From contig OZ253580.1 of NCBI GenBank assembly GCA_965263035.1, positions 480,001 to 544,000 of the forward strand: a DNA stretch of 64,000 nt. The letters are read 5' to 3'. Shown one piece after another: positions 49,488 to 60,111 of the stretch. The translations under genes were made by a program, and so were the position numbers. Positions within the stretch are counted from its first letter, which is position 1; each line of letters opens with the position of its first letter. The stretch is from Acidobacteriota bacterium. GTDB lineage: Bacteria > Acidobacteriota > UBA6911 > RPQK01 > JAJDTT01. The notes under the pieces were generated by a model. It made no database searches. It saw only the letters and a list, made by a program, of their open reading frames with translations, and was not told the DNA's origin.

Positions 49488-51335
49488 ATCGGGTCGGGCG
49501 CAGGGGATTGCGCCCCTGCACCCTCCCACACCACCGGACGTACCGTTTTCAGTATCCGGCGGTTGGAGTCACCCGAGGTCCGATGGAATGAGGAACCCAT
49601 AGCGGCGCAGACGGCGGTTGCTCAGGGCCGTGTGCAGCGCTGAGTGCCGGGCGATTCGCCAGCTTCCTCGACTGCTGTGGGCCACTCGAAGCAGCGGCTC
49701 ACGCACCCCCAGAGACCGCAGTCGCCGGAGACGCCCTCGCCAACCATGCCAGCGCAACCAGAAGCATTTGCGCATGTGGCGCCGGATCCAGCCTTCCAAC
49801 CTCCAGACCGGACGCCGCCATTCCGCCAGCCGGTAGTATCCCCACCAGCCTCGGATGTGCTGCCGCCATTGGTCTCTCAGTCCCAGGCTGCTGAGGTTCT
49901 GTCGGGCGTCCCAGAGTTGGCGCACCCGTAACTTCAGCCGCTTCAGGCTCTCCGGGGCCACTTCGATCTGCCCCTTCCGGGTGATCCGGAACCCCAGGAG
50001 CTTCCGCTCCCAGGGCCGGCCCACTCCAGTCTTGCGCGCGTTCACCTTCAACCGCAGATGCTTCGCGATCCACTGCGGCAGGTTCCGGACCACTCGATCC
50101 GCCGCGGTCGCTCCCCCTACGTAGACGTTACAGTCGTCCGCGTAGCGTACGAAGCAGTACCCGCGTCTCTCCAGTTCTTTGTCCAGCGGGTCCAGGTAGA
50201 GGTTCGCCAGCAGCGGGGAGAGCGGTCCGCCTTGCGGCGTCCCCTCCCGGGCTCCCACCACCACGCCTTCCACCAGAACCCCGCTGCGCAGGTACCGGCC
50301 AATCAGTTTCAGCACCCGTTTGTCCCGGATGACGGCCCCGATTCGCCGCATCATGATGTCGTGATGCACCCGGTCAAAGAACTTCTCGATGTCCAGATCG
50401 ACGACCCAGTCCCGGCCTCCCCGGACCACGTACTCCCGTGCCGCTCTCACGGCATCGTGAGTGCTGCGTCCCGGTCGGAACCCGTAGCTGTGCTCGCTGA
50501 ACCCCGGTTCGAAGATCCGCCCCAGCTCCTGCAACAGCAGTTGCTGGATGAATCGATCCAGCACCGTGGGGATCCCCAGGCAGCGGACCCCACCGTTCGG
50601 TTTCGGGATTTCCACCCGCCTCACTGGGGTCACCGCGTAGGTCCCGTCCAGCAACTTGCCACGGATTCGCGGCCAGTGCTTCTGAAGGTGTCCCTCCAGT
50701 TCGGTGGTCTTCATGCCGTCCATCCCCGGCGCCCCCCGGTTGCGGAGTACCGCTCCCAAGGCCGCCCCGTAGTTGTCCGCCGAGACCACCTGTTCCATCA
50801 GCGACTCGTACCTCTCCCTTCTTTCCGGGTCTTCGCCGCCACCGAGACTCGATCTCCGCCCTTCCGGCTTGACGGGTTCCACCCTTGGGCCTTCCGGACC
50901 AGGGCCAGAGGATCTCTCCCCGGCTCCCGTCTTCGGAGTTCTTGGCGCCTCCATTGGCGAGTCCTCCATAAGGTCGGTACGACTCCTTCGGTCCTTCGCT
51001 CCACCGGCTCTACCCGGCTTCTTCGCTACTACGACCTCTGCTGACTTCTCAAGGGCTCTCACCCTTGAGATCTCCCCGAGTAAGGTGCTGCATCTTTCCC
51101 CCCGGGCCGCCCGGCTCTACCTGATGCGTCTGGATGGGGTTCGGGTTTCGCTGTTGCTCGCCAGCTCACCGCCCGCACCCGGCCTCACTGCCGGTTCGTG
51201 TTCCTGCGGTCGTGGGTTTGCCTTCCGCTTCCTTCAGCTTCACCTCGCGGCTACGCCTTGCGGTTCGGCTAGGGTTGGTCCCATCACCTCCCTTGGGATC
51301 TTTCATCCCTTAGATACAGCCCATGTCGGGCGCAC
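49488..51335 (-). mobile_element. Full-length class IIC group II intron (1848 nt)
   Basis: 5' GTGCGCCCGACATGG; short domain V with CGC triad; domain VI ending GACCCGAT; inserted 4 nt after a hairpin; encodes an RT with no endonuclease domain. Confidence 0.93.
49569..50969 (-). CDS. ltrA: Group II intron reverse transcriptase/maturase
   Basis: NRGAPGMDG, IPKPNGGVRCLGIPTVLDR, SYGFRPGRS, GTPQGGPLSPLLAN, RYADD and GWWGYY; start codon uncertain. Confidence 0.95.
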   Translation of the reverse strand: MEDSPMEAPRTPKTGAGERSSGPGPEGPRVEPVKPEGRRSSLGGGEDPERRERYESLMEQVVSADNYGAALGAVLRNRGAPGMDGMKTTELEGHLQKHWPRIRGKLLDGTYAVTPVRRVEIPKPNGGVRCLGIPTVLDRFIQQLLLQELGRIFEPGFSEHSYGFRPGRSTHDAVRAAREYVVRGGRDWVVDLDIEKFFDRVHHDIMMRRIGAVIRDKRVLKLIGRYLRSGVLVEGVVVGAREGTPQGGPLSPLLANLYLDPLDKELERRGYCFVRYADDCNVYVGGATAADRVVRNLPQWIAKHLRLKVNARKTGVGRPWERKLLGFRITRKGQIEVAPESLKRLKLRVRQLWDARQNLSSLGLRDQWRQHIRGWWGYYRLAEWRRPVWRLEGWIRRHMRKCFWLRWHGWRGRLRRLRSLGVREPLLRVAHSSRGSWRIARHSALHTALSNRRLRRYGFLIPSDLG

Positions 51336-51500
51336 GAGCGGCGGCTTTCTTGCCGCCGATTAGGGGGGGTAGGGGGGACGATTAGTCCCCCCTCCTCATT
51401 CTTCTTCCTCAGTGCGGAGCCGGCGACAAGAAAGTCGCCTGTCCCAGTGGGCGACAGGAAAGTCGCCTGTCCCAATGGGCAACAAGAGAGTTGCCCCTCC
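51336..51500 (-). repeat. Composite REP-like element forming the intron 5' exon
   Basis: GGCGGCTTTCTTGCCGCC, GGGGAC...GTCCCC and three GGC(G/A)AC-N6-GT(C/T)GCC hairpins. Confidence 0.8.
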
Positions 51501-51747
51501 CATCCGGCGACGGGATCGTCGCCTCTCCTCTGCGGTGGTCTTCCAGTCTTTGCCAAATATTTGCCATAGTTAGTAAATTTCGGCTTAGTTTTTACTATCA
51601 GTAGACAATATTCGCCCCTTTAAGGAAAATATTGGAGCGGCGGCCTCAAATCTATCCGCAGGGCCGATCAAGGACCGCTTCTAATCATTGCCCACCGGTG
51701 GTTAAATCGCTTCCAACCATTTCTTGAGCTGGCGGGAGGCCGCATCC

Positions 51748-54700
51748 ATGAAATCCGGATATCTTCGCTCTTCCCTCTTCTGCGGGCTGGTCCTGCTGGC
51801 CGTTTCCGCACTGATTTACCAACTCCTCCAGGTCCGGGTATCGCCAACCGAACCCGCGCTGACGGTCGCGGAAGGATTTGAGGTGGAGCTCGTCGCCGGG
51901 CCGCCGCTGGTGGAACGCCCCATTTCCGCCGACTTCGACGAGCAGGGCCGGCTCTACGTGACCGAATCCTCCGGTTCCAACGACCCGGTGAAGCAACAGC
52001 TGGAGCAGAAACCTCACCGCGTCAAGCGCCTGGAAGACACGGACGGTGACGGCCGCTATGACCGGAGCACTCCGTTTGCCGACGGCATGATGATCCCCCA
52101 GGGCGCCCTCTGGTTCGACGGCTCACTCTACGTGGCGGCGCCCCCCAGCATCTGGAAGCTGACCGATACCGACGATGATGGAATCGCCGACCAGCGGGAG
52201 GAATGGTTCGCCGGCAAGACCCTCACCGGTTGCGCCAACGATCTGCACGGCCCCTACCTGGGACTGGACGGATGGATCTACTGGACCAAGGGAGCCTTCG
52301 CCGAGCAGACCTACGAACGGCCCGACGGTCCTCCCCTGGTGACCCGCGCCGCCCACATCTTCCGGCGACGGCCCGGAGATCCGTGGATCGAGCCGGTCCT
52401 GACGGGGGGCATGGACAACCCCGTGGATGTCGTCTTCACGCCCCGGGGAGAACGGCTGCTGGCGTCCACTTTCGTTCAGCACCCGAAACTGGGCCGCCGG
52501 GACGGCATCATCCACGCCGTCCATGGCAGCGTCTACGGAAAAACGCACGGCGTCCTTGACGGCCACGCCAGGACCGGGGATCTGCTGCCGGCCATGCTGC
52601 ACCTGGGCCCGGCCGCTCCCTGCGCCCAGACCATCTATGCCTCCGGGGTCTTCGGCGGCGAGTATCAGGGCAACCTGTTTGCCTGTCTCTTCAACCTGAA
52701 CAAGGTGACCCGCCACGTCCTGGAGCCCAGCGGAGCCACCTTCACGACCCGGGACGCCGACTTTCTGGCCTCCACCGATCGCGACTTTCATCCCACCGAC
52801 GTGGTGGAGGACGCCGACGGCAGCCTGTTGGTGGTCGATACGGGAGGGTGGTACAAGCTCTGCTGTCCCACTTCCCAGCTTCACAAACCGGACGTCCTGG
52901 GCGGGATCTATCGAATCCGTCGCAAGGGTGCGTCCGGCCCCGAGGATCCCAGGGGCCTGCGCATCGACTGGGCCAGCGCCGACGGCGGCCGACTGACGGA
53001 ACTCCTGGACGACCCGAGACCGGCCGTCCGCAGCCGAGCCATCGGAGAGCTGGCCAAGAAAGGGAGTCCGGAGGTGCCGGTGCTGATCCGGACGCTTTCG
53101 AGGTCCAACTCAGTGGAAGCGCGCCGCAACGCCGTCTGGACGCTCACCCGCATCGATCACGAGGAGGCCCGCGCGGCCGTTCGACAGGCGCTCTCCGACG
53201 GTGACGAGAGCGTGCGGCAGGCCGCCCTCCATTCGGTCAGCGTCTGGCGTGACGCCGGCAGCGGCCCCAGCGTGCTGGAACTTCTGGAGCAGGGCGCCGC
53301 GTCCATTCAGCGGGTGGCCGCCGAGGCGCTGGGACGCATCGGAGACCGCCGCGCCGTCCCCGGGTTGCTGGCTCGGGCCGGCGCGAACAACGGCCGGATC
53401 CTGGAGCACTCCCTGATCTACGCGCTGATCGAGATTGCCGACCCGGAGGGCACCGCCGCCGGACTGGGGGCTTCTTCTCCCCACACGCGGCGGGCCGCCC
53501 TCATTGCCCTGGACCAGATGCCGGGCGGTGGACTGACGCCCGAGACCGTCACTCCCCTTCTCGCGGACGACGAGCCGATCCTGAAACAGACGGCCTCCTG
53601 GATCGCCGGCCAACATCCGGAGTGGGGTGAAGCGTTGGCCCATTATTTTCGCCGGCGCCTGGCCCGTCGCGAACAGGGACCTGAAGAGCAGGCTGATTTG
53701 GTGCGGCAACTGGCCAAATTCGGAGAAAACGTCACCATTCAGAGGTTGCTTGCCACGACGGTCTCCGGCACCGGCTCGACCGAGTCCCGCCTGACCGCGT
53801 TGCGGGCCATGGCCGGCAGCGCCCTCAAGGAGACACCCTCCGTTTGGGTCGACGGACTCGCCGCGGTCATGTCCGGAGGGGACGCGATCCTGATCCGGGA
53901 GGCGGTCGCAAGTCTACGCGCCCTGCCAGACCCGGGGGAGGAAGACGCCGGGCGCCTGAAGGAGGTCCTGCTTGGCGTCGGCCGCGACTCGACCCGGGAC
54001 GCCGAGCTGCGCGTGAATGCGTTGGCAGCCGTTCCGGGAGAATTGGACGGACTCGATCCCGATCTCTTCGAATTGTTGCAGGCCGCCCTCGGGCCTGCGG
54101 CAACGGTGAATGCCCGCACCGGCGCCGCCGGCGTCCTGGGCAGATCCCGGCTGACCCGCGATCAGTTGCTGGACTTGACCGAGTCGGTGCGGACCGCGGG
54201 ACCCCTGGTCCTCTCGCCGTTGCTTGGGGCCTATCGGAACGGAGGAGACGAAGATCTGGGGCTGCGGCTGATGGCGGCCGTACGGGATTCGAGAGGGCTG
54301 AACGGACTGCGGGCCGACGTCATGAACCAGGCGCTGGCCAACTTTCCCCCTCCGGTTCAACGCCAAGGGGAGCAACTCCTGGCGTCCCTGGAAATGGATC
54401 CGGTCGAGCAGCTGGCACGTCTGGAGGAATTGTTGGCGACTCTGGACGAAGGGGACATTCGCCAGGGTCAGGCCGTATTCAACAGCAACAGCGCCGCCTG
54501 TTCCTCGTGCCATGCCATCGGCTACCAGGGAGGCCGTTCCGGCCCCGACCTCACGCGGATCGGCGACGTGCGAAACCGGCGCGATCTGCTGGAGTCCATC
54601 CTCTTTCCCAGCGCCAGCTTCGTGCGCGGCTACGAGCCCATGGTGGTGGTGACCGAATCGGGAGAGCTGCACCAAGGGGTCATCACCCAGGACGGGCAAG

Positions 54701-54879
54701 AGGAGGTCCAGCTCGTGACCGGCCCGGACACCGAGGTGAGGGTGGCCCGGTCGGAGATCCGGGAGATCCGCCCCGGCAACGTCTCGGTGATGCCCTCGGG
54801 CCTGGAGGAGCAGGTGAGCCGGGAGGACCTAGCCAGCCTGCTGGCCTTCCTGAGCAACGCCCGCCGGCGCCCTCGGTGA
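51748..54879 (+). CDS. PVC-type heme-binding CxxCH protein (sorbosone dehydrogenase-like propeller, HEAT repeats, cytochrome c)
   Basis: GFEVELVA...LEDTDGDG; HEAT-like helical repeats; CSSCH, GPDLT and SVMPSGL. Confidence 0.88.
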   Translation: MKSGYLRSSLFCGLVLLAVSALIYQLLQVRVSPTEPALTVAEGFEVELVAGPPLVERPISADFDEQGRLYVTESSGSNDPVKQQLEQKPHRVKRLEDTDGDGRYDRSTPFADGMMIPQGALWFDGSLYVAAPPSIWKLTDTDDDGIADQREEWFAGKTLTGCANDLHGPYLGLDGWIYWTKGAFAEQTYERPDGPPLVTRAAHIFRRRPGDPWIEPVLTGGMDNPVDVVFTPRGERLLASTFVQHPKLGRRDGIIHAVHGSVYGKTHGVLDGHARTGDLLPAMLHLGPAAPCAQTIYASGVFGGEYQGNLFACLFNLNKVTRHVLEPSGATFTTRDADFLASTDRDFHPTDVVEDADGSLLVVDTGGWYKLCCPTSQLHKPDVLGGIYRIRRKGASGPEDPRGLRIDWASADGGRLTELLDDPRPAVRSRAIGELAKKGSPEVPVLIRTLSRSNSVEARRNAVWTLTRIDHEEARAAVRQALSDGDESVRQAALHSVSVWRDAGSGPSVLELLEQGAASIQRVAAEALGRIGDRRAVPGLLARAGANNGRILEHSLIYALIEIADPEGTAAGLGASSPHTRRAALIALDQMPGGGLTPETVTPLLADDEPILKQTASWIAGQHPEWGEALAHYFRRRLARREQGPEEQADLVRQLAKFGENVTIQRLLATTVSGTGSTESRLTALRAMAGSALKETPSVWVDGLAAVMSGGDAILIREAVASLRALPDPGEEDAGRLKEVLLGVGRDSTRDAELRVNALAAVPGELDGLDPDLFELLQAALGPAATVNARTGAAGVLGRSRLTRDQLLDLTESVRTAGPLVLSPLLGAYRNGGDEDLGLRLMAAVRDSRGLNGLRADVMNQALANFPPPVQRQGEQLLASLEMDPVEQLARLEELLATLDEGDIRQGQAVFNSNSAACSSCHAIGYQGGRSGPDLTRIGDVRNRRDLLESILFPSASFVRGYEPMVVVTESGELHQGVITQDGQEEVQLVTGPDTEVRVARSEIREIRPGNVSVMPSGLEEQVSREDLASLLAFLSNARRRPR

Positions 54880-54924
54880 GGTGACGATCGGTACTCCGAA
54901 GACGGGGGCCGAAAGCCCCCGCTC

Positions 54925-56394
54925 CTATCCGGCCGTCAGCCACTGTTCGATCTGGTTTCCGACCTCGTCGATGACCGTTTCCAGAGAGCCCTTGGCCAGG
55001 ACGGCGATGGTGTCGGGATAGCGGCCCGACCCGTAGGCCCCGGCCGGGATCAGATAGTTCGCCCGGGCGCCGTTGGCCAGGGAAGCCACCATGATGGGTA
55101 CTCCGGGAAAACGCTCCCGCAACGACCGCTGCAGAATCTGATAGGGCTCCCCTTCCACAGCCAGCCAGAAGGCGTTCCCGATGCTCCAGAGCCAGATCGA
55201 AAAGGGGATGCTCTCTCCCGCCGGAAGGAATTTCAGACGCTGCAACCGGCGGCCCTGCTGTTCGGCCAGGGCTCGGAAATCGCGGGCCCGGGCTTCGTCT
55301 CCGGCAGCGCGCGCCCGCTCCTCTCCGGCACGGCACCGTTGGAGCTCGGATTCGACCCGCTCCCGGGTGAGCGGCGTCCGGCGACAGGGGAGATCGACGG
55401 CCCAGCTCCGCAGCTTCCAACGGCTGGATCGTCTCTCGTCATCGCCGGAGAACCGGGTCCAGGACCAGGTTCCCAGGGTGGCGCCGGACTCCCGGGGACC
55501 GGTGTACTGAAAGCGCCGGTTGGGCGCCGGCAGTTCGCACAGGGCCGAAAGAGCGGCGTAGCCGAGCTGACGCCCGTTTCGGTCCGCCACTTCCAGGTCC
55601 CCCACGAACCCCTCCTTGGGCCCCAGGTCCCCGGACGCGCCCTGAAGGAAGAGGCAGGGCGCCCCGGTTTCCCGTTCGACGACCTCCCGCATGGCGCCCG
55701 GAAAGTCGGGGCTGATGAGCGTGTTCTGCCAGGCCAGGGTCGTGGGATGGCAGGCGTAGTTGACGATGGTGGCAATCGGCTCATCCCGTTCGCCGGTGAC
55801 CCGCGCGGCCAGGAGCGTGTCGTCCGACGGTCCGTCCGGGTTGTACCCGCACACGTATTGCTGCAATTGGCCGTCCCACAGATCCCGATTTCGGGCCAGC
55901 GAGCAGCGGCCGAAGCCGTAGGTGATGGTGGCCGTCTGCGACCGGGATCTGGCAGTCGTAATCAGATCGCCCACAGAGGCCGCAACCCTTTTCAGATAGC
56001 CGCGGATCAACTCTCCCCCGGGCAAGGACTCTCGTTCCAAGCCCATCAGGCCCGCGGCGTGGGTATGGGAGAACACCACCAGGAGGGAGTCACGGCCGAC
56101 CCCGGAGAGCCGGCCGGCCCTCTCCAACAGCAGGTCCATCTCAGCGGGCCACAGCAGGACGTGGTCCAACAGGATCAGAATCTGCTCGCATCCTGAAACC
56201 GGTCCGGTCTCCTCAAGATCCCCAAAAGCAACGGCCGCCGCCGTCAAGGGACGATGGACGCCCGTGGAGCGGTCGTGGCTGGCCGCACCCCACATCCGGT
56301 GATAGATGCCGACAGGAGGGGTGATATCCGCCTGCGCCAAGCCGAACCGGCAGCGGCTCTGAAACGTCTCGACAAACCGCACGTCTTCCTTCAT
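54925..56394 (-). CDS. Neutral/alkaline ceramidase-like hydrolase
   Basis: DITPPVG, SHTHAA, NYACHPT, ISPDFPG and FLQGASGD. Confidence 0.8.
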   Translation of the reverse strand: MKEDVRFVETFQSRCRFGLAQADITPPVGIYHRMWGAASHDRSTGVHRPLTAAAVAFGDLEETGPVSGCEQILILLDHVLLWPAEMDLLLERAGRLSGVGRDSLLVVFSHTHAAGLMGLERESLPGGELIRGYLKRVAASVGDLITTARSRSQTATITYGFGRCSLARNRDLWDGQLQQYVCGYNPDGPSDDTLLAARVTGERDEPIATIVNYACHPTTLAWQNTLISPDFPGAMREVVERETGAPCLFLQGASGDLGPKEGFVGDLEVADRNGRQLGYAALSALCELPAPNRRFQYTGPRESGATLGTWSWTRFSGDDERRSSRWKLRSWAVDLPCRRTPLTRERVESELQRCRAGEERARAAGDEARARDFRALAEQQGRRLQRLKFLPAGESIPFSIWLWSIGNAFWLAVEGEPYQILQRSLRERFPGVPIMVASLANGARANYLIPAGAYGSGRYPDTIAVLAKGSLETVIDEVGNQIEQWLTAG

Positions 56395-56480
56395 GCCCTT
56401 CTTCTCGACAATTCTCTACCCCAACTTCGCTCCGATTGGCTGAGTGAATTTGGTTCCGCGATGACTCTCGCTGCGGGCTG

Positions 56481-57692
56481 TCAAGTTGCCGGGTCGAACT
56501 GGGGAACCTCCATCTGCTCTCCGTTGCGGAGGGCGGACTGCTGGGAAACGATTCCCGGCACGGTCATGGCCAGCGACTCGTAGACGTTGATGGCCGGCTC
56601 CCGGTCCTCGACCAATGCGTTGACGAACTCCGCGGTGAGGAAGGTGTGGCTGCTGCCATGACCGCTGGTGTGACGCATCCGTTCCGGCAGCCGGCTGGTG
56701 TTCCAGTACTCGGGGAGAGTCACCTCCCGGGGCTTGCTTCTCCGCCCGTCCCAGATGACGCGATGGATGCCCTCCCGGGTCATGTAGAAGGTTCCCTTCT
56801 CTCCGAACCAATTGGCCCGCTCGCCCCCCGCCGCGATCTGCCACATGACGTTGCAACGCACCATGTGGCCCTGATCCGTCTGCATCCAGGCGCCCATGTT
56901 CGAGAACGGGTTCTGGTAGGGATTGGCCTTGAACGTCGCCATACCCTCCGGATCCCCCCAACCCAGAGCCGAGGTCCTGACGATGCGCTCGCCGGTGACT
57001 CCTACGATGTAGCCCAGGGAATGGGTCGGATAATGCATGGGAGGAAATGCCTGGCGCCAACTCACGGAACCGTCGGGATGGTAGTAAATGGACTTCGGAT
57101 CGTTGATCCTGCTCTTGAGATAGACGTCGTGGTAGTACTCGACCTCGCTGTAGAAGAGCTCTCCGAAACCACCCTCCTGAAACAGCTCTCGCGCGTAAAT
57201 GCAGGCGGTGTTGTAGTAGCTGGTCTCGGCCATCATGTATCGGAGACCCGTCTTTTCCTTCCGCTCCTTCAGCTCGTACGCCTCTTCCATGGTGAAGCAC
57301 GCGGGTACGGCGGAGATCACGTGCAGCCCCCGTTCGAAACACATTTTGGTGTGTTTCACATGATCGAGAGCCCCGCTGAAGACCGCCACGGCGTCCAGGT
57401 CGTTCGCCTTCTCCTTCAGCATCTCCTCCATGGAGTCGTAGACATTGTCGCAACCGTAGACTTTCCGGAGTCTCTCCCGGCGCTTCGGGTAAAGGTCCGT
57501 CACGGCTTCGACGACACACTGCGGATGCTCGTGCCAGTAGAAGGCACAGCCGAACCCGCCTCCGACGATCCCGATACGGATCTTCCTGTCCGATGTGGTC
57601 GACCCGTACCCCACGTATTTCGGACTCGCCGAAACGGCCTTGGCGGCTACGCCCATGGCAGCCGCGGTCAGGAACTCACGTCTGGATGACAT
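56481..57692 (-). CDS. Tat-signal Gfo/Idh/MocA oxidoreductase
   Basis: MSSRREFL; IGIVGGGFG, HVISAVP, YMMAETS and HYPTH. Confidence 0.85.
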   Translation of the reverse strand: MSSRREFLTAAAMGVAAKAVSASPKYVGYGSTTSDRKIRIGIVGGGFGCAFYWHEHPQCVVEAVTDLYPKRRERLRKVYGCDNVYDSMEEMLKEKANDLDAVAVFSGALDHVKHTKMCFERGLHVISAVPACFTMEEAYELKERKEKTGLRYMMAETSYYNTACIYARELFQEGGFGELFYSEVEYYHDVYLKSRINDPKSIYYHPDGSVSWRQAFPPMHYPTHSLGYIVGVTGERIVRTSALGWGDPEGMATFKANPYQNPFSNMGAWMQTDQGHMVRCNVMWQIAAGGERANWFGEKGTFYMTREGIHRVIWDGRRSKPREVTLPEYWNTSRLPERMRHTSGHGSSHTFLTAEFVNALVEDREPAINVYESLAMTVPGIVSQQSALRNGEQMEVPQFDPAT

Positions 57693-57762
57693 ATTCTCTT
57701 CCTCGTTGACCTGATGGTTATGGCAGGACAAGACCCGCGGCGGCAGCGGCCCCTGATTCTCT

Positions 57763-58650
57763 TCACTCCCCATCCCCGGTTCCTCCTCCTGGATGAGTCT
57801 CTCTCGGCGCAGACCGGAGAATCCACCGGGCCCGCTTGACGACGGGCAGATCCACCATCCGTCCATCGACGGCCATCGTCCCTTCCCCGGGGGCCGCTTC
57901 GAAGGCCTCTACCACCCGGCGTGCCGACTCGACCTCCTCGTCCGTCGGACGGAAGACGCGGTGGACGGTTTCGATCTGAGCCGGATGGATCAGGGTCTTT
58001 CCGGAGAAACCGAGCTCCCTTGCCGCCCGGGTCTCCCGGGCCAAACCGTCCGGATCCCGAAAATCGAGGTAGACCTTGTCCACCGCCTCCAGCCGGGCGC
58101 TCCCCGCCGCCACCACCAGCGCGGAGCGTGCGTAGGACATCAGGCCTCCTTCGTGAAACGAGAAGAGGCCCAGGTCGACTGCAAAATCTTCCGCGCCGAA
58201 CATGAGGGCCACGAGCCGGGGAGAAGACGCGGCGATGGCCGGCGCCTGAACCAGGCCCGCGGCGCTCTCGATCATCGCCGCCAGCCGAACACTTCCGGAC
58301 GGCACGCCGGACCCGGCCTCCTGCTCTGTGAGGGACCGATCGACGGCCGTCACGTCCTCCGGGCGGTCCACCTTGGGGAGCACCAGCCCCCGCAACCCCG
58401 GCCGGACCACCGCTCGAAGGTCGGCCTCCATGGCGGCATGCCGGGCGCCGTGAATCCGAACGAATCGGTGAGCCCCCCCCTTGGCCGCATCCAAGGCCGC
58501 GCCCACCTTCATCCGGGCCGCGTCCATCTCGTCCGGAGGGACGGCGTCCTCAAGATCGTATATCAATGCATCGGAACCCCGGCCAGGTGACTTATCGATC
58601 ATTTTCTGCCGGTGACCAGGGACAAAGAGCCAGGACCGTATCATCACCAT
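57763..58650 (-). CDS. CitE-like CoA ester lyase (HpcH/HpaI aldolase/citrate lyase family)
   Basis: RSWLFVPG, DLEDAV, LPKV, IESAAG, FGAEDF and GKTLIHPAQ. Confidence 0.9.
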   Translation of the reverse strand: MVMIRSWLFVPGHRQKMIDKSPGRGSDALIYDLEDAVPPDEMDAARMKVGAALDAAKGGAHRFVRIHGARHAAMEADLRAVVRPGLRGLVLPKVDRPEDVTAVDRSLTEQEAGSGVPSGSVRLAAMIESAAGLVQAPAIAASSPRLVALMFGAEDFAVDLGLFSFHEGGLMSYARSALVVAAGSARLEAVDKVYLDFRDPDGLARETRAARELGFSGKTLIHPAQIETVHRVFRPTDEEVESARRVVEAFEAAPGEGTMAVDGRMVDLPVVKRARWILRSAPRETHPGGGTGDGE

Positions 58651-58932
58651 CGGTTAGTTGATCTCCTCGAATTCGGGAACAGGGCCTGCCGAGGGCGCCT
58701 CATCCCCTTTTAGACCATGGTATTGTGCACAGGTTCGATTAAGACCTTGTCATCCTGTATTGATCCCGCGGTGATCGTCTGAATCCGCATCGGAACGGAC
58801 GATAACACAAACTGCCAAACATCATTTTTAATGACGGAACGGAGTTCGAGACGCACGGAGTCCGACATGACCGATCAAGGGCATGAGAGCGGCTTGATTT
58901 GCCGCCGGGAAGGCCGGAAGATAGGCGCCGAC

Positions 58933-60087
58933 ATGGGGACAAGCGGTGGTCATGGGGTTCGCCGATCGCTGGCTGGGGCGGTCCGCATCGTGATCAAGGT
59001 GGGATCCGGCGTCCTGGTGGATTCGGATCAACGTCTGGATACGAATCGGATCGGCCGACTCGTGGAGAGCATGGCCCAGCTCTTGGCGGAGGGGCGTCAG
59101 CTGGTGCTGGTGACGTCGGGGGCGGTGGCGGCCGGGGCTCCGGTCATGGGTCTGACCGGTTCGGCCAAGACCATCCCCCAGCTGCAGGCTTGCGCTGCCG
59201 TCGGTCAGAACCTCCTCATGTCCGTCTACGAACGATTCTTCTCGCGGCTCGGCCGGCACACGGCGCAGATCCTCCTGACCCGGGACGACATGCATAACCG
59301 GGAACGCTATCTCAATTCCAGGAACGCGCTGGAGACCCTGCTCGCTTCCGGAATACTTCCCGTGGTCAACGAGAACGACACGGTGGCGGTCAACGAGATC
59401 AAGTTCGGCGACAACGACCACCTCTCGGCCCAGGTGGCGGTCCTGGTTCAAGCCGACCTGCTGCTCATCCTCTCCACCGTGGGCGGATTCTACGAGCAGA
59501 TCCATGACGGCGTCCCCGAGGAAGGCCGTCTGATTCCCACCGTGGAGCGAATCACCGATTGGCATTTCCGGCATACGCGCGACACCCGCGATTCGGTGTC
59601 CATCAACCGGGGAGGAATGCGTTCCAAGCTGCAGGCCATCCGCAAGGCGGCCGATTCGGGAATTCCCTCGTTGCTGGTCAGCGGCATGGACGACGGGATC
59701 CTGGAGACGGTCCTGGAAGGCCGGGAGGTGGGGACCCTCTTCCTGCCTTTCAAGGAGCGGCTTTCGGCGCGGAAGCACTGGATCCTGCATTCGCTCCAGC
59801 CACAGGGGCGCTTGATGGTGGACCGGGGCGCGGCGCGAGCACTGACCCAACAGGGTAAGAGTCTTCTCTCCATCGGGATCACCGCGGTGGAGGGTAAGTT
59901 TCACTCCGGAAACCCGGTCCAGGTCATGGGACCCGACGGCCGGGAGATCGCCCGGGGACTGAGCTACTACAGTTCCAGGGAGGTCAAGGCGATTCGGGGT
60001 TGCAAGAGCGAAGAGATCCGGGCGCAACTCGGCTACAGCTACTACGATGAGGTGATCCACCGAGACAACTTGGTGCTGGTAAAATGA
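58933..60087 (+). CDS. proB: Glutamate 5-kinase
   Basis: VIKVGSG, VTSGAV, NENDTV, FGDND, GGMRSK and a PUA domain; start codon uncertain. Confidence 0.95.
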   Translation: MGTSGGHGVRRSLAGAVRIVIKVGSGVLVDSDQRLDTNRIGRLVESMAQLLAEGRQLVLVTSGAVAAGAPVMGLTGSAKTIPQLQACAAVGQNLLMSVYERFFSRLGRHTAQILLTRDDMHNRERYLNSRNALETLLASGILPVVNENDTVAVNEIKFGDNDHLSAQVAVLVQADLLLILSTVGGFYEQIHDGVPEEGRLIPTVERITDWHFRHTRDTRDSVSINRGGMRSKLQAIRKAADSGIPSLLVSGMDDGILETVLEGREVGTLFLPFKERLSARKHWILHSLQPQGRLMVDRGAARALTQQGKSLLSIGITAVEGKFHSGNPVQVMGPDGREIARGLSYYSSREVKAIRGCKSEEIRAQLGYSYYDEVIHRDNLVLVK

Positions 60088-60111
60088 CCTGCCGCTCTTC
60101 GTGGGAGAAAT

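Noticed and set aside
48749-50969. SRAP plus RT as a retron, DGR or RT-based defence system
   Set aside because: The RT lies within a canonical IIC intron and is convergent with SRAP; no template/variable repeat pair or msr-msd was found.
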